From positions 1,116,001 through 1,180,000 of the forward strand of contig OZ024765.1 in assembly GCA_964016885.1 (NCBI GenBank): a stretch of 64,000 nucleotides of DNA. Direction: 5' to 3'. The notes beneath the pieces were generated by a model. That model was not told where the DNA came from, did no database searches, and saw only the letters and a list, made by a program, of their open reading frames with translations. The translations under genes and the position numbers were made by a program. The DNA comes from Eledone cirrhosa. Its lineage: Eukaryota. Of this stretch, positions 15,009 through 29,169 are shown piece by piece (position 1 is the first letter of the stretch; each line of letters begins with the position of its first letter).

Positions 15009-15587
15009 CATATATATACATATACATATGTATATATACATACACACACACGCATATATATGCACACGCAATACACACACACACATATATATATGTGTGT
15101 GTGTGTGTGTATATATGCGTATATGCGTATATTATAGTGTTTTGTTTATCATAGCCACGTTAGCATGTCAGTCTCCGAGTCTATATGTCTCCCTACCTGT
15201 AAGTCATACCTGTGTAAATACAGAATAGCTGGAACAGAAACTCGTTTGTGGATAAAGAGAACACCTGCCTCACTAGATATACAGGTAAACAGTCTCAGGT
15301 AGAATACATTTAACCCTCTTCTGTGTCAATATATAGCTAGTGGGTCTCGTTACACTGGAGTATTGCCTGTTTCTCTCAGGGTCACCAAACGAGATGACCC
15401 CTGATGATAAACTGGCAAAACTGCTGAATAATAAGACTCACATTTACGCCTTAATAAAATGAATATATATATATTGTGTGTGTATATATATATTGTGTGT
15501 ATATATATATATTGTGTATATATGTTATCAAATGATTCTATGGAAATACTTTATAGTATATATATATATATTGTTATATATATATAT

Positions 15588-15629
<42 letters not shown>

Positions 15630-15754
15630 ATATATATATATATACATTGTTATATATATATAACAATATATATATATATATATATATAAAACAATATATA
15701 TATATATATCCATTGTTATATATATATATATATTGTTATATATATATATATACA

Positions 15755-15796
<42 letters not shown>

Positions 15797-15801
15797 GTCA
15801 G

Positions 15802-15834
<33 letters not shown>

Positions 15835-16516
15835 TATTATGTCAGGTCACCAGTCGGTGCTACTGGTAACATGTATCCCAGTACAACCTGTCTCATGGTC
15901 GGGTCGTTGGCGACTAAACTGGCAACCCCACCAAGGTTTCTTGGTGAGGAGGGTGACTTTGGACATCCTGCAGGACTAAAAACAAAACCTGTCAAAGGGC
16001 TAAGAGTCAATGGCCATCCAAAATCACCAGGAGAGATGACCCCTTAGCCTTTGTCAAGGCAGAATTCTAGGAGAAGGAAAACTCTGATATAACACCTGCA
16101 ACCCTGATGGTATCCAATGATGTTGACTTGTTCTTCTTTTTGATAAATATCATCTTGGTTAAGAGAGTGGGACTGGCTTTGTGCAGTGCCTTTGCTCACT
16201 ATAAAAGCTTCACGGCACAGGCATTGCTTTATATCTGGAGATCTCTCTGCACTTGTCGTCACATGGTACCATGAGCCCAGCACTATGTGTCAATAATTGT
16301 CACACGTGTAGTGTTTGTGCCAGAGTTTTCATGTCGCAGGCTGGACTAAAAAGTCACACTCGTTCAGCGCATCGGTAGGGTTTCTCCTACATGGATATAA
16401 AGTAGTGGCCATACTCGAAAACGAGTTGGCAGCCACCATATATATATATATATAAGTTAAAACAATGAAATAAAAAATCAAGTCATTAGAGATATACATA
16501 TATATATATATATAAT

Positions 16517-16578
<62 letters not shown>

Positions 16579-16636
16579 TATATGAGTCTGTGTATATATA
16601 TATATATATATACATATATATAAATATATATATATG

Positions 16637-16683
<47 letters not shown>

Positions 16684-16709
16684 GTATGTATATAACAATA
16701 TATATATAT

Positions 16710-16745
<36 letters not shown>

Positions 16746-17111
16746 CTATCTACAACAATATATATATATAGTGAGTGTGAGAGAGAAGGAAAAGAGAGAA
16801 AGACAGAGAAAGAGAGGGGGGTATAGAGAAGGAGTGAGAGTGAATGAGAGAAGGAAAGAGGGTGAGAGAACTGTGTCAGCTTCTATTTCAAGTAATTACA
16901 CCATCCCCCACACGGCCACCCCGGGGTGGGGATCATTAACTATTTTTAATGATGTTTTTATTTCAAAGCTTAGACACTCTAGCCTGATAGTTACTGCATG
17001 TGTCTGTGTCTCTTCTGTGTGTGTCTGTGTGTCTGTCTCTGTGTGTGGCTGTGTGTATGTGTGTCTCTGTATGTGTGTGGGTGTGTGTCTGTGTGACTAC
17101 AAAATATATAT

Positions 17112-17165
<54 letters not shown>

Positions 17166-17361
17166 TATGTGCATGTGTGTGTGTATATATATATATACAT
17201 ACATATATCATATATTATATATATACACATATACATATATAGATATATATATATATATACATATATGTACATATATATATAAATATATATATACTAACAT
17301 ATATAGACATATATAAAGACATATATATACAGATATATATATATATATAGAGATATATACA

Positions 17362-17415
<54 letters not shown>

Positions 17416-17418
17416 GTA

Positions 17419-17472
<54 letters not shown>

Positions 17473-17674
17473 TACATATATATATGTATGTATATATATA
17501 CACACACCCATTAATGATAACAATGTGACTACAAGACTACAATGAGACAGTGTGGAAACTAAGACAATAATGCATGAACTTTGTTTTTAGAATATGAATG
17601 TCACATTTTATATAAATATATATATATATATACCATATATATATATACCATATATATATATATATATATATATA

Positions 17675-17744
<70 letters not shown>

Positions 17745-18097
17745 GTATATGTATATATATATATATATACACTGCAGCTCAGTAGTTACCAATGATTTTG
17801 ATCTTTTCTTCTTTACAGGGTATAGCTAGTCTCTCAGAGAGTGGGATTGGTTCAGTGCACAGTCTTTCCTCACTTTAAAAGATATCTTCACGCACAGGCA
17901 TTGCACGATAGAACTAATTAATAATGGTGTATCATGCAATGGCCATACTCGATAACGAGAGGGCAGTCATCATCATATATATATACATATATAGCAATAA
18001 TAAATGTGAGGATCCCGTTAAGGGTGAAAACAGCGGTTCTTTGCTTAAACTTTAATCTGTACTTATAATAAATAAATATATCGGTCTGTCTGTCTGT

Positions 18098-18230
18098 CTC
18101 CCCCTTATTGGGGATTTCGATTTTTGAATTTGTATTTTAAAATTTTTTACACAATTATATGTAAAATCCCTGCCATATGTCTTTATTTTGTCCCCTTTTC
18201 TTGTGCTCCCTTGTGGCAAATAAAGAAATA
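18098..18230 (+). mobile_element. Second, shorter 3' end of the same Tx1-like family
   Basis: Direct repeat of 18810-18927, also followed by (TATC)n. Confidence 0.75.
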
Positions 18231-18261
18231 TATTTATCTATCTATCTATCTATCTATCTAT

Positions 18262-18927
18262 ACCCCGGCAGGGATCCTTCCAAGAGGACATGTTCAAGAT
18301 GTGCGCAGGACATTGAAACAGTCCTGCACGCAATTGTACACTGCCCGGGCGTAACCGACCTGTGGAACTATGCAGAACAACTCCTGTTGTGTATGGGACA
18401 AATCCAGTTGACTGCCGAGTCCATAGTAAGGGTCAAACCGCCAGCCTCTTTCAAAAACGAAAGAGGCGGTTTTCCTCTGTACGGTGGCTATGATAAAAGA
18501 GGTAATATGGTGGACGAGATTGAGAGGACTGAGGACAGATGCCTTTCTCTCCGGACAACAATTGATTCCCTTCTTTAAATATCACTTTAGAAGGAGAATC
18601 AGGGTGGAGAGAGAGGCACTGCACCCCAGTAAATTTACTGAAAGGTGGGTGAATGAAGCGAAAATGGCCCGAGTGATTGGGTCTTCTCTGTTTATAAGCC
18701 TGTAGGTTAAAGAAGAGGGAAAAAAGAAGAAAGGAGCACTTGCACAACATGCTCCTGAAGTTGAGGGTTGTTTTATCGACAGGGTATTAAACAACCCATT
18801 TGTGGCGCTTCCTCCCCTATTGGGGATTTCGATTGTTTTTATTTTTTTACATGACTGAATGTAAAATCCCCGGCATGTCCTTGTATTGTCCCTTTTCTTG
18901 TGCGCCCTTGTGGCTAATAGAGAAATA
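18262..18927 (+). mobile_element. L1/Tx1-like LINE 3' fragment (CCHC zinc knuckle), frameshifted
   Basis: CSRCAQDIETVLHAIVHC, then IWWTR...ERW in another frame; 3' end TTGTGGCTAATAGAGAAATA followed by (TATC)n. Confidence 0.8.
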
Positions 18928-19051
18928 TATCTATCTATCTATCTCTCTATCTATCTCCCTATATCTATCTATCTATCTATCTATCTATATATCTACCTAT
19001 CTCTCTATATCTATCTCTCTATCTATCTATTTATCTCCCTATATCTGTCTC

Positions 19052-19082
<31 letters not shown>

Positions 19083-19167
19083 GTCTCTCTCTATATATAT
19101 CTATCTGTCTCTCTATGAGATAATGGGAATTGGAATCTGGTTAATAATTGAGTATGTAAGTGGGTGC

Positions 19168-19198
<31 letters not shown>

Positions 19199-19543
19199 CA
19201 CGTGTGTGTGTATATGTGCATATATATATATATACATGTGTGTGTATGTGTGTACCACACCCAGTTCTAGGTCATCAGTCTCCATGGTAACCAGGCTACT
19301 AGAGGCAGGAATTGGTAAGTAGTTCTGACCTTACAATTGTTGTGACCTACAACTTAACCCTAACAATTAACAGGGACCTCCCACCCTGGGCCCCTGTCCC
19401 CACCCCCACCTCGACGCCCTTTCAGGATGCATCAGAAGATGTATTGGTGGAAGTTACATCATCATCATCAGCAGCAGAAGCGTCACAATCTCCCCACCAC
19501 CAGTAAACTTAAAAAGATACTGACATACATTCTTATAAAGCAT

Positions 19544-19599
<56 letters not shown>

Positions 19600-19748
19600 C
19601 ATATATATAGGAACGAGTAGGACCCCGTCGAAATGGCTTGAGCTCAGCCGTCGGTGTCCTCCTCGTTCCTATTACCCACTCTACTACCCTAAGTATTGAG
19701 TACTTTGATGCGTTATGGTCCACCTGGTTCCTTACCACATTTCCTTTG

Positions 19749-19788
<40 letters not shown>

Positions 19789-20012
19789 ATGTGTGTATGT
19801 ATGTAAGTGTGTATGTACTTGGTGCACTAAAGCGGATGTATATTGTGAAAATAATTAGAACATTGTATAATGTTTTATAATGGTATATAATAATATATAG
19901 ACCAGACAAACAATGATGTATATAATATATAATATATCAAACAAGTTGTTTGTTTCCATCTCAGAGGCTGGTTGTTAAAACACAATATTTCATTTTATTT
20001 TATTTATTGCAG

Positions 20013-21554
20013 AGTGAAACAACAACAACAACAACAACAACAGGATCTAGAACTGGGACATCATCATCAACAACACCAATCACACTAACAAGAATAAGAA
20101 CAACAAAAATATCAACAACCCATCACGAACAACAGCAAGAACAACAACAACACCAACAACCGACCAGGGAAGATATAGAAATGGATACCAGCAATGACAA
20201 TTGGTCAGAGAAGCTATCGGAGACGATCCAAAGGATCCGGAAATATGTGATATTTGTTCTTACGTATGTAGCGTACTGTATGACACGTTATCTCGTGTTG
20301 TTATTCCAGCGTGTATCCTGGGGAATCATGGGAGTGGAATATATACGCAGGGACGCAAGGAGAGGCCTACTTTATAAACAGAGTGCTCACATCCAGGATA
20401 TCATTTGGCGGAGGAAATTGTACGACATACGTATAGCGCACCCGGTTAATTTTATTACAGTACACAACGGTTTCAAACATCCGACGTACGTGTTGAAACA
20501 AAAAGTGTCGCTCTACTGCCTCACAAAAGCCGAGGCCATATTTGTGGAGACAGCAGATAATGTAGATATTTACAGTTTGGATCTTATCTCAGCCTTTCAT
20601 AATGCTCAGTTTAAACATGCGCAGAGAATTATCACAATGCCATTGGCTTCTTTTCATAAGATGGCTTCTGACCTTGGAGAGCCACGCATGCCGATTATAT
20701 GGATTTCTCGAACGTGGCGCTGTGGATCAGCAATCATGAGACAGATTTTCGAAAGTATTCCTGGTACAATGGTAATTGGCGAGCCGGACGCCTTAACGAG
20801 TTTAAGTAACTTGGAACGAGACGAGAGTATTTCTAGGTCGGAATACAAGCAGTTATTGGTGAGCACCATCCGATTCCTTTGTAAACCGAATGAACGAGCT
20901 AAGCTGGTGTGTATCAAAACAAGACCATGTTGCTTCAGAATGGTCCCAGACATTTATTCAGCATGTCCATCTATTAGACATATTTTTATGTACAGGAATA
21001 GTTTAAAGACAGTCACGTCTGTCCTAGGAACAACACTCAATTCTAATATTCTTTTCCAAGTCGTTCGATTTATCGTCGACAACAATAGCCTGTCAAAAGT
21101 GCTTCCATGCATACGTCGCAAAATGTATGACATGTTTGCCCATATAAACAAGAACGACAAAACTTTGAAGGACATGGCAGGCAACCTCAGCACGGTGGGA
21201 ATCATTATAGCAGGGTGGGCTTCAAGTGTATCGAAATGTGAAGAACTACGGTCATACAATATTCCCATACTTCCGGTCATCTTTGAAGACCTCATCAAAT
21301 ATCCACGTAGGACATGTGAAGTACTCTTTGAGTATATTAATATCCCTGAAGAAAACGTCACCCTGGCAGTTGACGGTTTCCGAAAGGACACAAGACGGGC
21401 ATCAACAATTCTAGCTAGGTTACCCCTAAAGAGTGAAACCAGGAGAAATATTGAACCAGACAAAAGAACCGAAGCTGATTCCATTTTGAAAAAATATTCT
21501 TTACCAAAATTAGGAGAACGCTATGAAATCCCAGGATTTTTATCAATTGATTAA
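20013..21554 (+). CDS. Uncharacterised P-loop sulfotransferase-fold protein in a single large exon (457 aa from ATG 20181)
   Basis: 1.5 kb non-repetitive ORF. 5'-PSB-like IWISRTWRCGSAIM, 3'-PB-like IFMYRNSLKTVTS, and FEDLIKYP...LFEYINIP. Hydrophobic N-terminal stretch. Splice acceptor TTGCAG ends at 20012; the true start is uncertain. Confidence 0.8.
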   Translation, partial: SETTTTTTTTGSRTGTSSSTTPITLTRIRTTKISTTHHEQQQEQQQHQQPTREDIEMDTSNDNWSEKLSETIQRIRKYVIFVLTYVAYCMTRYLVLLFQRVSWGIMGVEYIRRDARRGLLYKQSAHIQDIIWRRKLYDIRIAHPVNFITVHNGFKHPTYVLKQKVSLYCLTKAEAIFVETADNVDIYSLDLISAFHNAQFKHAQRIITMPLASFHKMASDLGEPRMPIIWISRTWRCGSAIMRQIFESIPGTMVIGEPDALTSLSNLERDESISRSEYKQLLVSTIRFLCKPNERAKLVCIKTRPCCFRMVPDIYSACPSIRHIFMYRNSLKTVTSVLGTTLNSNILFQVVRFIVDNNSLSKVLPCIRRKMYDMFAHINKNDKTLKDMAGNLSTVGIIIAGWASSVSKCEELRSYNIPILPVIFEDLIKYPRRTCEVLFEYINIPEENVTLAVDGFRKDTRRASTILARLPLKSETRRNIEPDKRTEADSILKKYSLPKLGERYEIPGFLSID

Positions 21555-22075
21555 CTTTTTAGCATTTATATTATATTTACTATTATATTATGTTATATAT
21601 TTTGAGAACAATACCTTAACATCAGTATAAGTGGCTGGTTTAACCCTTTAGTATTTACATTACTCTATATTTACTATTATATTGTTATTTATTTTGAGAA
21701 CAATACCTTAACATCAGTATGAGTGGCTGGTTTAACCCTTTAGCATTTACATTACTTTATATTTACTATTATATGATGTTATATATTTTGAGAACAATAC
21801 CTTAACATAAGTATGAGTGGCCAGTTACAGCCAGTTTGAACAGAAAGAGGTGAGAGAATTCTGGCTGGTTTAACCCTTTAGCAGTTATATAACTCTATAT
21901 ATACTATTGTATTTTCATGATAAAAGCTTTACCTCACATAATATCGAATCTATGAGATTTTGATGTTATTTCTTTTGAGAATAATACCTTAACATCAGTA
22001 TGAGCGGCCAGTTACAGCCAGTTTGAATAGAAAGAGGTGAGAGAATTCTGGCCAGTTTAAATGGTAAATGGTTAA
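21551..22075. mobile_element. Cluster of piggyBac-like MITE copies directly after the sulfotransferase stop codon
   Basis: Four TTAAC(C/T)TTTAG(C/T)A starts at about 21551, 21640, 21732 and 21870; ends GGTTAA at 22075. Confidence 0.8.
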
Positions 22076-22154
22076 GATATTGTTATATTTGGAGAGTCAT
22101 ATTGTCCTAATAATGCCAAGAAATACTAAAACACATTCACTGATATATATGTGA

Positions 22155-22372
22155 AGGCATGTGGCTGAGTGGTTAGAGAATTGGATTCGCAATTGTGAGG
22201 TTGTGAGTTCGATTCTCGGACCGGGCGATGCGTTATGTCCTTGAGCAAGACACTTTATTTCACATTGCTCCTTCTACCTGGAGTTGTGACCGATAGATAG
22301 TACTAGCAATTGGAAAGACCAATGGAAACATTGTTTCCTTGGTCCCATTTGACAACAGTCGATCGACTGCCG
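22155..22372 (+). mobile_element. Diverged CORE-type SINE with a different 3' part
   Basis: A/B boxes plus TCCTTGAGCAAGACACTT; the 3' motif recurs inverted as a ~90-bp duplication at 27969-28139. Confidence 0.7.
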
Positions 22373-22449
22373 ATATATATATATGTATATATATATATAA
22401 ATAATTCAACTGGCAATGAATGTTTATCATTAAACATATAGACATAATT

Positions 22450-22493
22450 TCTCAAAGTTCTTTCTTCACACACCTATGACATCTTCAGTGATA
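22450..22493 (-). ncRNA. Minimal hammerhead motif, family B
   Basis: TATCA-CTGAAGA-t-GTCATA[GGTG]TGTGAA-GAAAGAACTT-TGAGA. Confidence 0.55.
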
Positions 22494-22821
22494 AACATTG
22501 ATTACCATTTAAATCATTTATAGAAATCTAAACCCCCCCCCCCCCAACATATATACTAAAACCAAACCAAACAGTGTTTTTTTACTATATTTTGGCCATG
22601 ACACTCTCCAGATATAACAATATCTGTTTCAACACATGATTTCATATCAAAAACCTTACAAAACAAATATATCAGAGATATTGATGAAGATAATGATTGA
22701 TTTTGATACGACTTTGGTTCAAACTTTATAAAGAATTTCATCTATAATTTTTTTGTTTTGTTTATTCTTTTACTGGTTTCAGTGACCATGCTGGGGCACT
22801 ATATGAGTGTCTGTGTGCATG

Positions 22822-22865
<44 letters not shown>

Positions 22866-22866
<1 letters not shown>

Positions 22867-23043
22867 CATATTTCCCGGCGCCGAAGACACTTTGTCCTCA
22901 AGGACACACCCTAATTTTGACAATCAAAAATTTATTTTTAAAAAATAATAATGGAAAATGCAACCTTGGCCTCCAGGACACACGGTAGATTTTTGAGACT
23001 TATTTGGGGAAAAAAGTAGCTTCTTTGATGCCAGGAAATACGG
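22866..23043. mobile_element. pogo/Tigger-like MITE (short)
   Basis: TIRs CCATATTTCCCGGCGCC / GATGCCAGGAAATACGG|TA. Confidence 0.65.
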
Positions 23044-23343
23044 TATAGAAATATACACAGTTCAAGAGTAACCAATCTTAAAGAGAGTGATGGAGATAGG
23101 AGAGGAGATATGAGAGGAGAGATTGGTGAATTAGTTAGAAGCCAAAGTGTAAAGGCATGTGCTCAATGTGCAATATGCAGTAGCATTCTCTCATTATTTT
23201 AATTTATATTCCTTTGAAGTTCCGATGAGCCGCTCTGTCTTTTAAATATGTTAATTATTTTCAACTGAACCAGATCAATAATGATATATAGTCACCTGAT
23301 CCAGAAATATTATATGGAGTAGCAAAACAATTGTAAACGGACA

Positions 23344-23523
23344 GGCAGTATCGGTAGAGGGTCAGACACAATGCTTTGACGCATAGAGTTACGTCCCTTT
23401 ATGATCTGAGTTCAAATCCCGCCGAGGTTGACTTTGCCTTTCATCCTTACGGGGGTCGATAAAATAAAGTACCAGTGATGCACTGGGTAATTGCTGGCCT
23501 AGTGCCTAAAGTAGAAACAATTA
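23344..23523 (+). mobile_element. SINE with Nin/Deu-like central domain (other copies 14376-14556 -, 40538-40717 +, 56445-56560 +, 58137-58313 +, 63533-63618 +, 63780-63915 -)
   Basis: B box GAGTTCAAATCC plus GCCTTTCATCCTTACGGGGTCGATAAAATAAAGTACCAG; AT-rich tail; at least 7 copies. Confidence 0.8.
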
Positions 23524-23832
23524 TTAATATTATTATTCTCTACATTCCTTACATCAAACTAAAATATGTTGACAATCTTTTAATAATGTCTTCCTTGTGA
23601 AATTTGTGGTCTTGTTTTGCTTAACTAATGAATATATATATATATATATATTGTTATACTTGGGGAGGGTCATATTGTTATAATATTGCCAGAAATAATA
23701 ACAGAACATACTCACTGTTTGGTTGGTTTTCGCTTCTGTATCTTTTATATCTCCATAGTTAATTTATTTGGCAATCAATGTTTACCATTGATTGACCAAC
23801 AGTTAAAAGTACAGATATAAATATATATAGTC

Positions 23833-23876
23833 TATCAAAGTTCTTTCGTTGCACATCTGCAACATCGTCAGTGGTA
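23833..23876 (-). ncRNA. Minimal hammerhead motif, family B
   Basis: TACCA-CTGACGA-t-GTTGCA[GATG]TGCAAC-GAAAGAACTT-TGATA. Confidence 0.65.
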
Positions 23877-23977
23877 CTATTATGTTTCCTCCCGTTGTAT
23901 TGTAATGTCTATGCCATTTTTATTTTATTTATTATTTATTTATTTATTCTTGTCTATCTCTGTCTGCACATGTATTC

Positions 23978-24280
23978 ATCATCATCATCATCATCAACGT
24001 TTAACGTCCGTGTTCCACGCTTGCATGGGTTTGGACGGGGGTAGTCCCACTTGAGGCAAGAGTGATTGTCTTGCTCGCATAGGACTGTCTGGCAGGTTTT
24101 CTACAGTTGGATGCCCTTCCTAACACCAACCACATTTACAGTGTGGGTCTGGGAGGTTTTTACCGTGTTGCCTACACGGCCACATTACAGCGTGGACTGT
24201 GTGTTTTTTTGTCGTGACACCTACACGATCTCATTTGTTTCGGCCTGGATGGTGTGGCACCAACATAACTTTACATAGGA
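23978..24280 (-). mobile_element. ~300 bp 5'-truncated copy (3' UTR only) of the 45072-48266 LINE
   Basis: Near-identical reverse complement of ~47963-48266, including the (GAT)n tail. Confidence 0.9.
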
Positions 24281-24499
24281 GGGGGCGGTGTATTATATAT
24301 ATATAAGAGGTGAGAGAATTCTGGCCAGATCTGGCTGGTTTAAATGCTAAAGAGTTACGGATAAGAAGCAAAACTAACCTTTACAGAATTTGAACTCAGA
24401 ACATAAAGGGACGTAACTCCATATCAAACAGCATGTCTGAAAATTTACTGTTAACAACAACAACAAAAATAACAACAACTCATACAAAGATGTTTGAAT

Positions 24500-25007
24500 A
24501 TTTATTATATATAATTTATATACACATACAAGAAATTATACATACATATAGTATATACATATGCATATACACTGCATAAACTACAATATATATATATACA
24601 TGTATAAACATGAATATACATGTAAATACATATATATACATATATGTATACACATATAATACATATACATACACATATGTATATATATATAAACATATAT
24701 GTATACATATAATACATATACATACACATATACATATATATACATACATATATATACATATATGTATATATACATATATGTATATATACATATATATACA
24801 TATACATATTCATATATATACATATTCATATATATACATATACATATATATACATACTCATATATATACATACTCATATATATACATACTCATATATATA
24901 CATATACATACTCATATGTACATACTCATATATATACATATACATACTCATATATACATATACATATATATATATGCATAGATATATGCATAGATATATA
25001 TGCATAG

Positions 25008-25038
<31 letters not shown>

Positions 25039-25242
25039 CATACATATATATGCATAGATATATATATATATGCATAGATATATATATATACATATATATG
25101 CATAGATATATATATATATATGCATAGATATATATATATACATATATATGCATAGATATATATATATATGCATAGATATGCATAGATATATATATATATG
25201 CATAGATATATATATATATGCATAGATATATATATATACATA

Positions 25243-25283
<41 letters not shown>

Positions 25284-25325
25284 ACATATATATATACATA
25301 TATATACATACTTATATATACATAC

Positions 25326-25368
<43 letters not shown>

Positions 25369-25513
25369 CATATATATACATACTTATATATACATACTTA
25401 TATATATATACATATACATATATATATACATATATATATACATATATATATATATACATATATATATACATATATATATATACATATATATATATACATA
25501 TATATATATACAT

Positions 25514-25558
<45 letters not shown>

Positions 25559-25717
25559 CATATACATATATATATATACATATACATATACATATATATA
25601 TATACATATATATACATATACATATACATATATATATATACATATATATACATATACATATATATATATACATATATATACATATACATATATATATATA
25701 CATATATATACATATAC

Positions 25718-25748
<31 letters not shown>

Positions 25749-26131
25749 CATATATATATATACATACATATATATATACATATACATATATATATATACA
25801 TATACATATATATATATATACATATATATATATACATATACATATATATATATACATATATATATATACATATATATATTTACATATATATATACATATA
25901 TATATACATATATATATACATATATACATATACATATACATATATACATATACACATATATATATATACATATACATATATATACATATACATATATATA
26001 TATACATATATATACATATATATATATACATATATATATACATATACATATATATATACATATACATATACATACATATATATATATATACATATATACA
26101 TATACATATACATACATATATATATATATAC

Positions 26132-26180
<49 letters not shown>

Positions 26181-26183
26181 CAC

Positions 26184-26214
<31 letters not shown>

Positions 26215-26255
26215 CACATATATATATATACATATATATATATACATATATATAC

Positions 26256-26288
<33 letters not shown>

Positions 26289-26323
26289 CATATATATATA
26301 CATATATATACATATATATATAC

Positions 26324-26354
<31 letters not shown>

Positions 26355-26443
26355 CATATATATATACATATATATATACATATATATATACATATATATA
26401 TACATATATATATATACATATATATATACATATATATATACAC

Positions 26444-26509
<66 letters not shown>

Positions 26510-26705
26510 GTATATATATATACATATATATATGTATATATATATATGTATATATATATACATATATGTATATATATATATGTAGGTATATATATATACA
26601 TATATATATATACATATATATATATGTATATATATATATATACATACACATATATATACATATATATATATGTATATATATATATATACATACACATATA
26701 TATAC

Positions 26706-26736
<31 letters not shown>

Positions 26737-26753
26737 CATACACATATATATAC

Positions 26754-26822
<69 letters not shown>

Positions 26823-26928
26823 CATATATATATACATACATATATATATACACATACATATATATACACATACACATATATACATACACATATACACATA
26901 CGTATACATATACACATATACACACACA
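24500..26928. repeat. Long compound (TA)/(TACA) microsatellite
   Basis: Direct inspection. Confidence 0.95.
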
Positions 26929-27355
26929 AAGAGAAAAATATCTAGCAGGATTTCCATTGGTTTCATTCACTGACCTAGCTACTGTAATACAGAAGTGGTT
27001 GAGTATTCCAAGGTCTTGTGGACTAATGGCACAGTCTGTGACAAGGCTGGCCCTCTAGTGTATAGCATACAAGTGGCTGAGTACCCCAATGGCATGTGTA
27101 TATGTTTGTGTATGTATATATATATGTATGTAGATATATATATGTGTGTGTGTATATATACATACACATATATATACACTTTGTATATATATATATATAA
27201 ATACGTACACTTTGTATATATAATATATATATATATATATATACATACATATACAGACACACACACGCACACACATGTAAATATACACAGTATACATAAA
27301 CTCACACACACACACATTTATATATATATACATTTATATATATATATATATATAC

Positions 27356-27448
<93 letters not shown>

Positions 27449-28561
27449 AGTACATCAAAAATAAACCACTGAGGTTAATTACTCAGTGACATCCTCTTCG
27501 AGAGAAAACATTAGTTAAGTTAGTGTTTACATAGTTAATGCAGCGAGCATCAGAAGTCTAATTAGAAAGAATATTTTCGCCAATTATAAAGAGACAACTC
27601 TGAATGTTTCAGCCTTGTTGAACCTCTTTAGCAAAGCAACGCAGCCTCAGATACCAACATGCTTCGGACATGGAGAGCTAACCAGCAACAGACAACTCAA
27701 TACACCCAAGTGAATATCAACCCCAATACAGCCCTTCCTGCAAAAACATTCTGGGAAGGAGTGGGTGTCTCGCCATGCACTGCTCAGGGGTATGGTCATT
27801 AGTAGCATGCTAGTCTGGTTTGCCTGGATATATATTCAGTGAGTGCCTGGGTTCCAGCCCCCCTGAGAATATGGAGCTGACACACCCTAACCCTGCAACC
27901 ATTAGCTGGTTACAACACCTGGGTGACATCACATAATTCCAACTATCTCATTTGCAACAAGAAAACATCAACTGGCAGAAGAAAGGAGCTGATCATCAGA
28001 TCAGACCAAGGAAACAATGTGTCCATTGGTCTTTCCATTACTGATACTATCTGTCAGTCACAACTGGCAGAAGAAAGGAGCTGATTATCAGATCAGACCA
28101 AGGAAACAATGTGTTCATTGGTCTTTCCATTACTGATACCATCATCATCATCACCATCATTATCATCATCATCATTTTCATCATCATCATCATTATCATC
28201 ATCATCGTCATCATCATTGTTGCTGTTTGTGTCCAGTTTTCCATGTTAACATAGTATATTTGAAGCACCTGGGCGTAGCAGACTTCCCTGGCTGCACACC
28301 ATCGCTTTCTTCCTAGCACTAACACATGTTCTCCGCATCATTAACCAATATCTCGCCTTATACACAAGTAATTATACAATTAATGCTAATTAGATTTCTT
28401 ATGCTGACTATATTGTTAATAATATATACACACACACAATATATATATATACATACAATATATATATATATATATACATACAAAATGTATATATATTCAT
28501 ACAAACAAAATATATATATATATACATACAAAAAAATATATATATATATATTCATACAAAA

Positions 28562-28604
<43 letters not shown>

Positions 28605-28803
28605 GTACAAAAACTATATATATTATATATATATATATACATACATACACACATATATATATACAAACATACACACACATATATATATATATATATTTAT
28701 TCACATACAATATATATAATTGGTGCAAAGTTCAAACTTATATACCCACATATATATATACACACATACATACATGTACATAATATTCATTCATGTGTGT
28801 ACT

Positions 28804-28920
<117 letters not shown>

Positions 28921-28976
28921 GCACAATGTACATACACATATATACATACATATATATATGAGATAAAGAATGCAAA

Positions 28977-29020
<44 letters not shown>

Positions 29021-29169
29021 ACAACTGTAGTAGTAGTAGTAGTAGTAATAGTGACCATCTAATTACTGAAGAGTGAAAAAGAAAATTAAAGACAGTTTTT
29101 AAAAACATAACGAGCTTGCTCTAAAAATGTTCATCTTCCTCATAAAGTTTTGTTTTTTTATCTTACCTG

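Noticed and set aside
15378-15440. CTGATGA next to a CAGGGTCA/TGACCCCTG hairpin
   Set aside because: No convincing helix II-GAAA follows; at best a decayed motif.
15838-16440. Unique-looking stretch as a possible exon
   Set aside because: Part of it recurs at 17835-17972, so it is a dispersed repeat of unassigned class; no coherent ORF.
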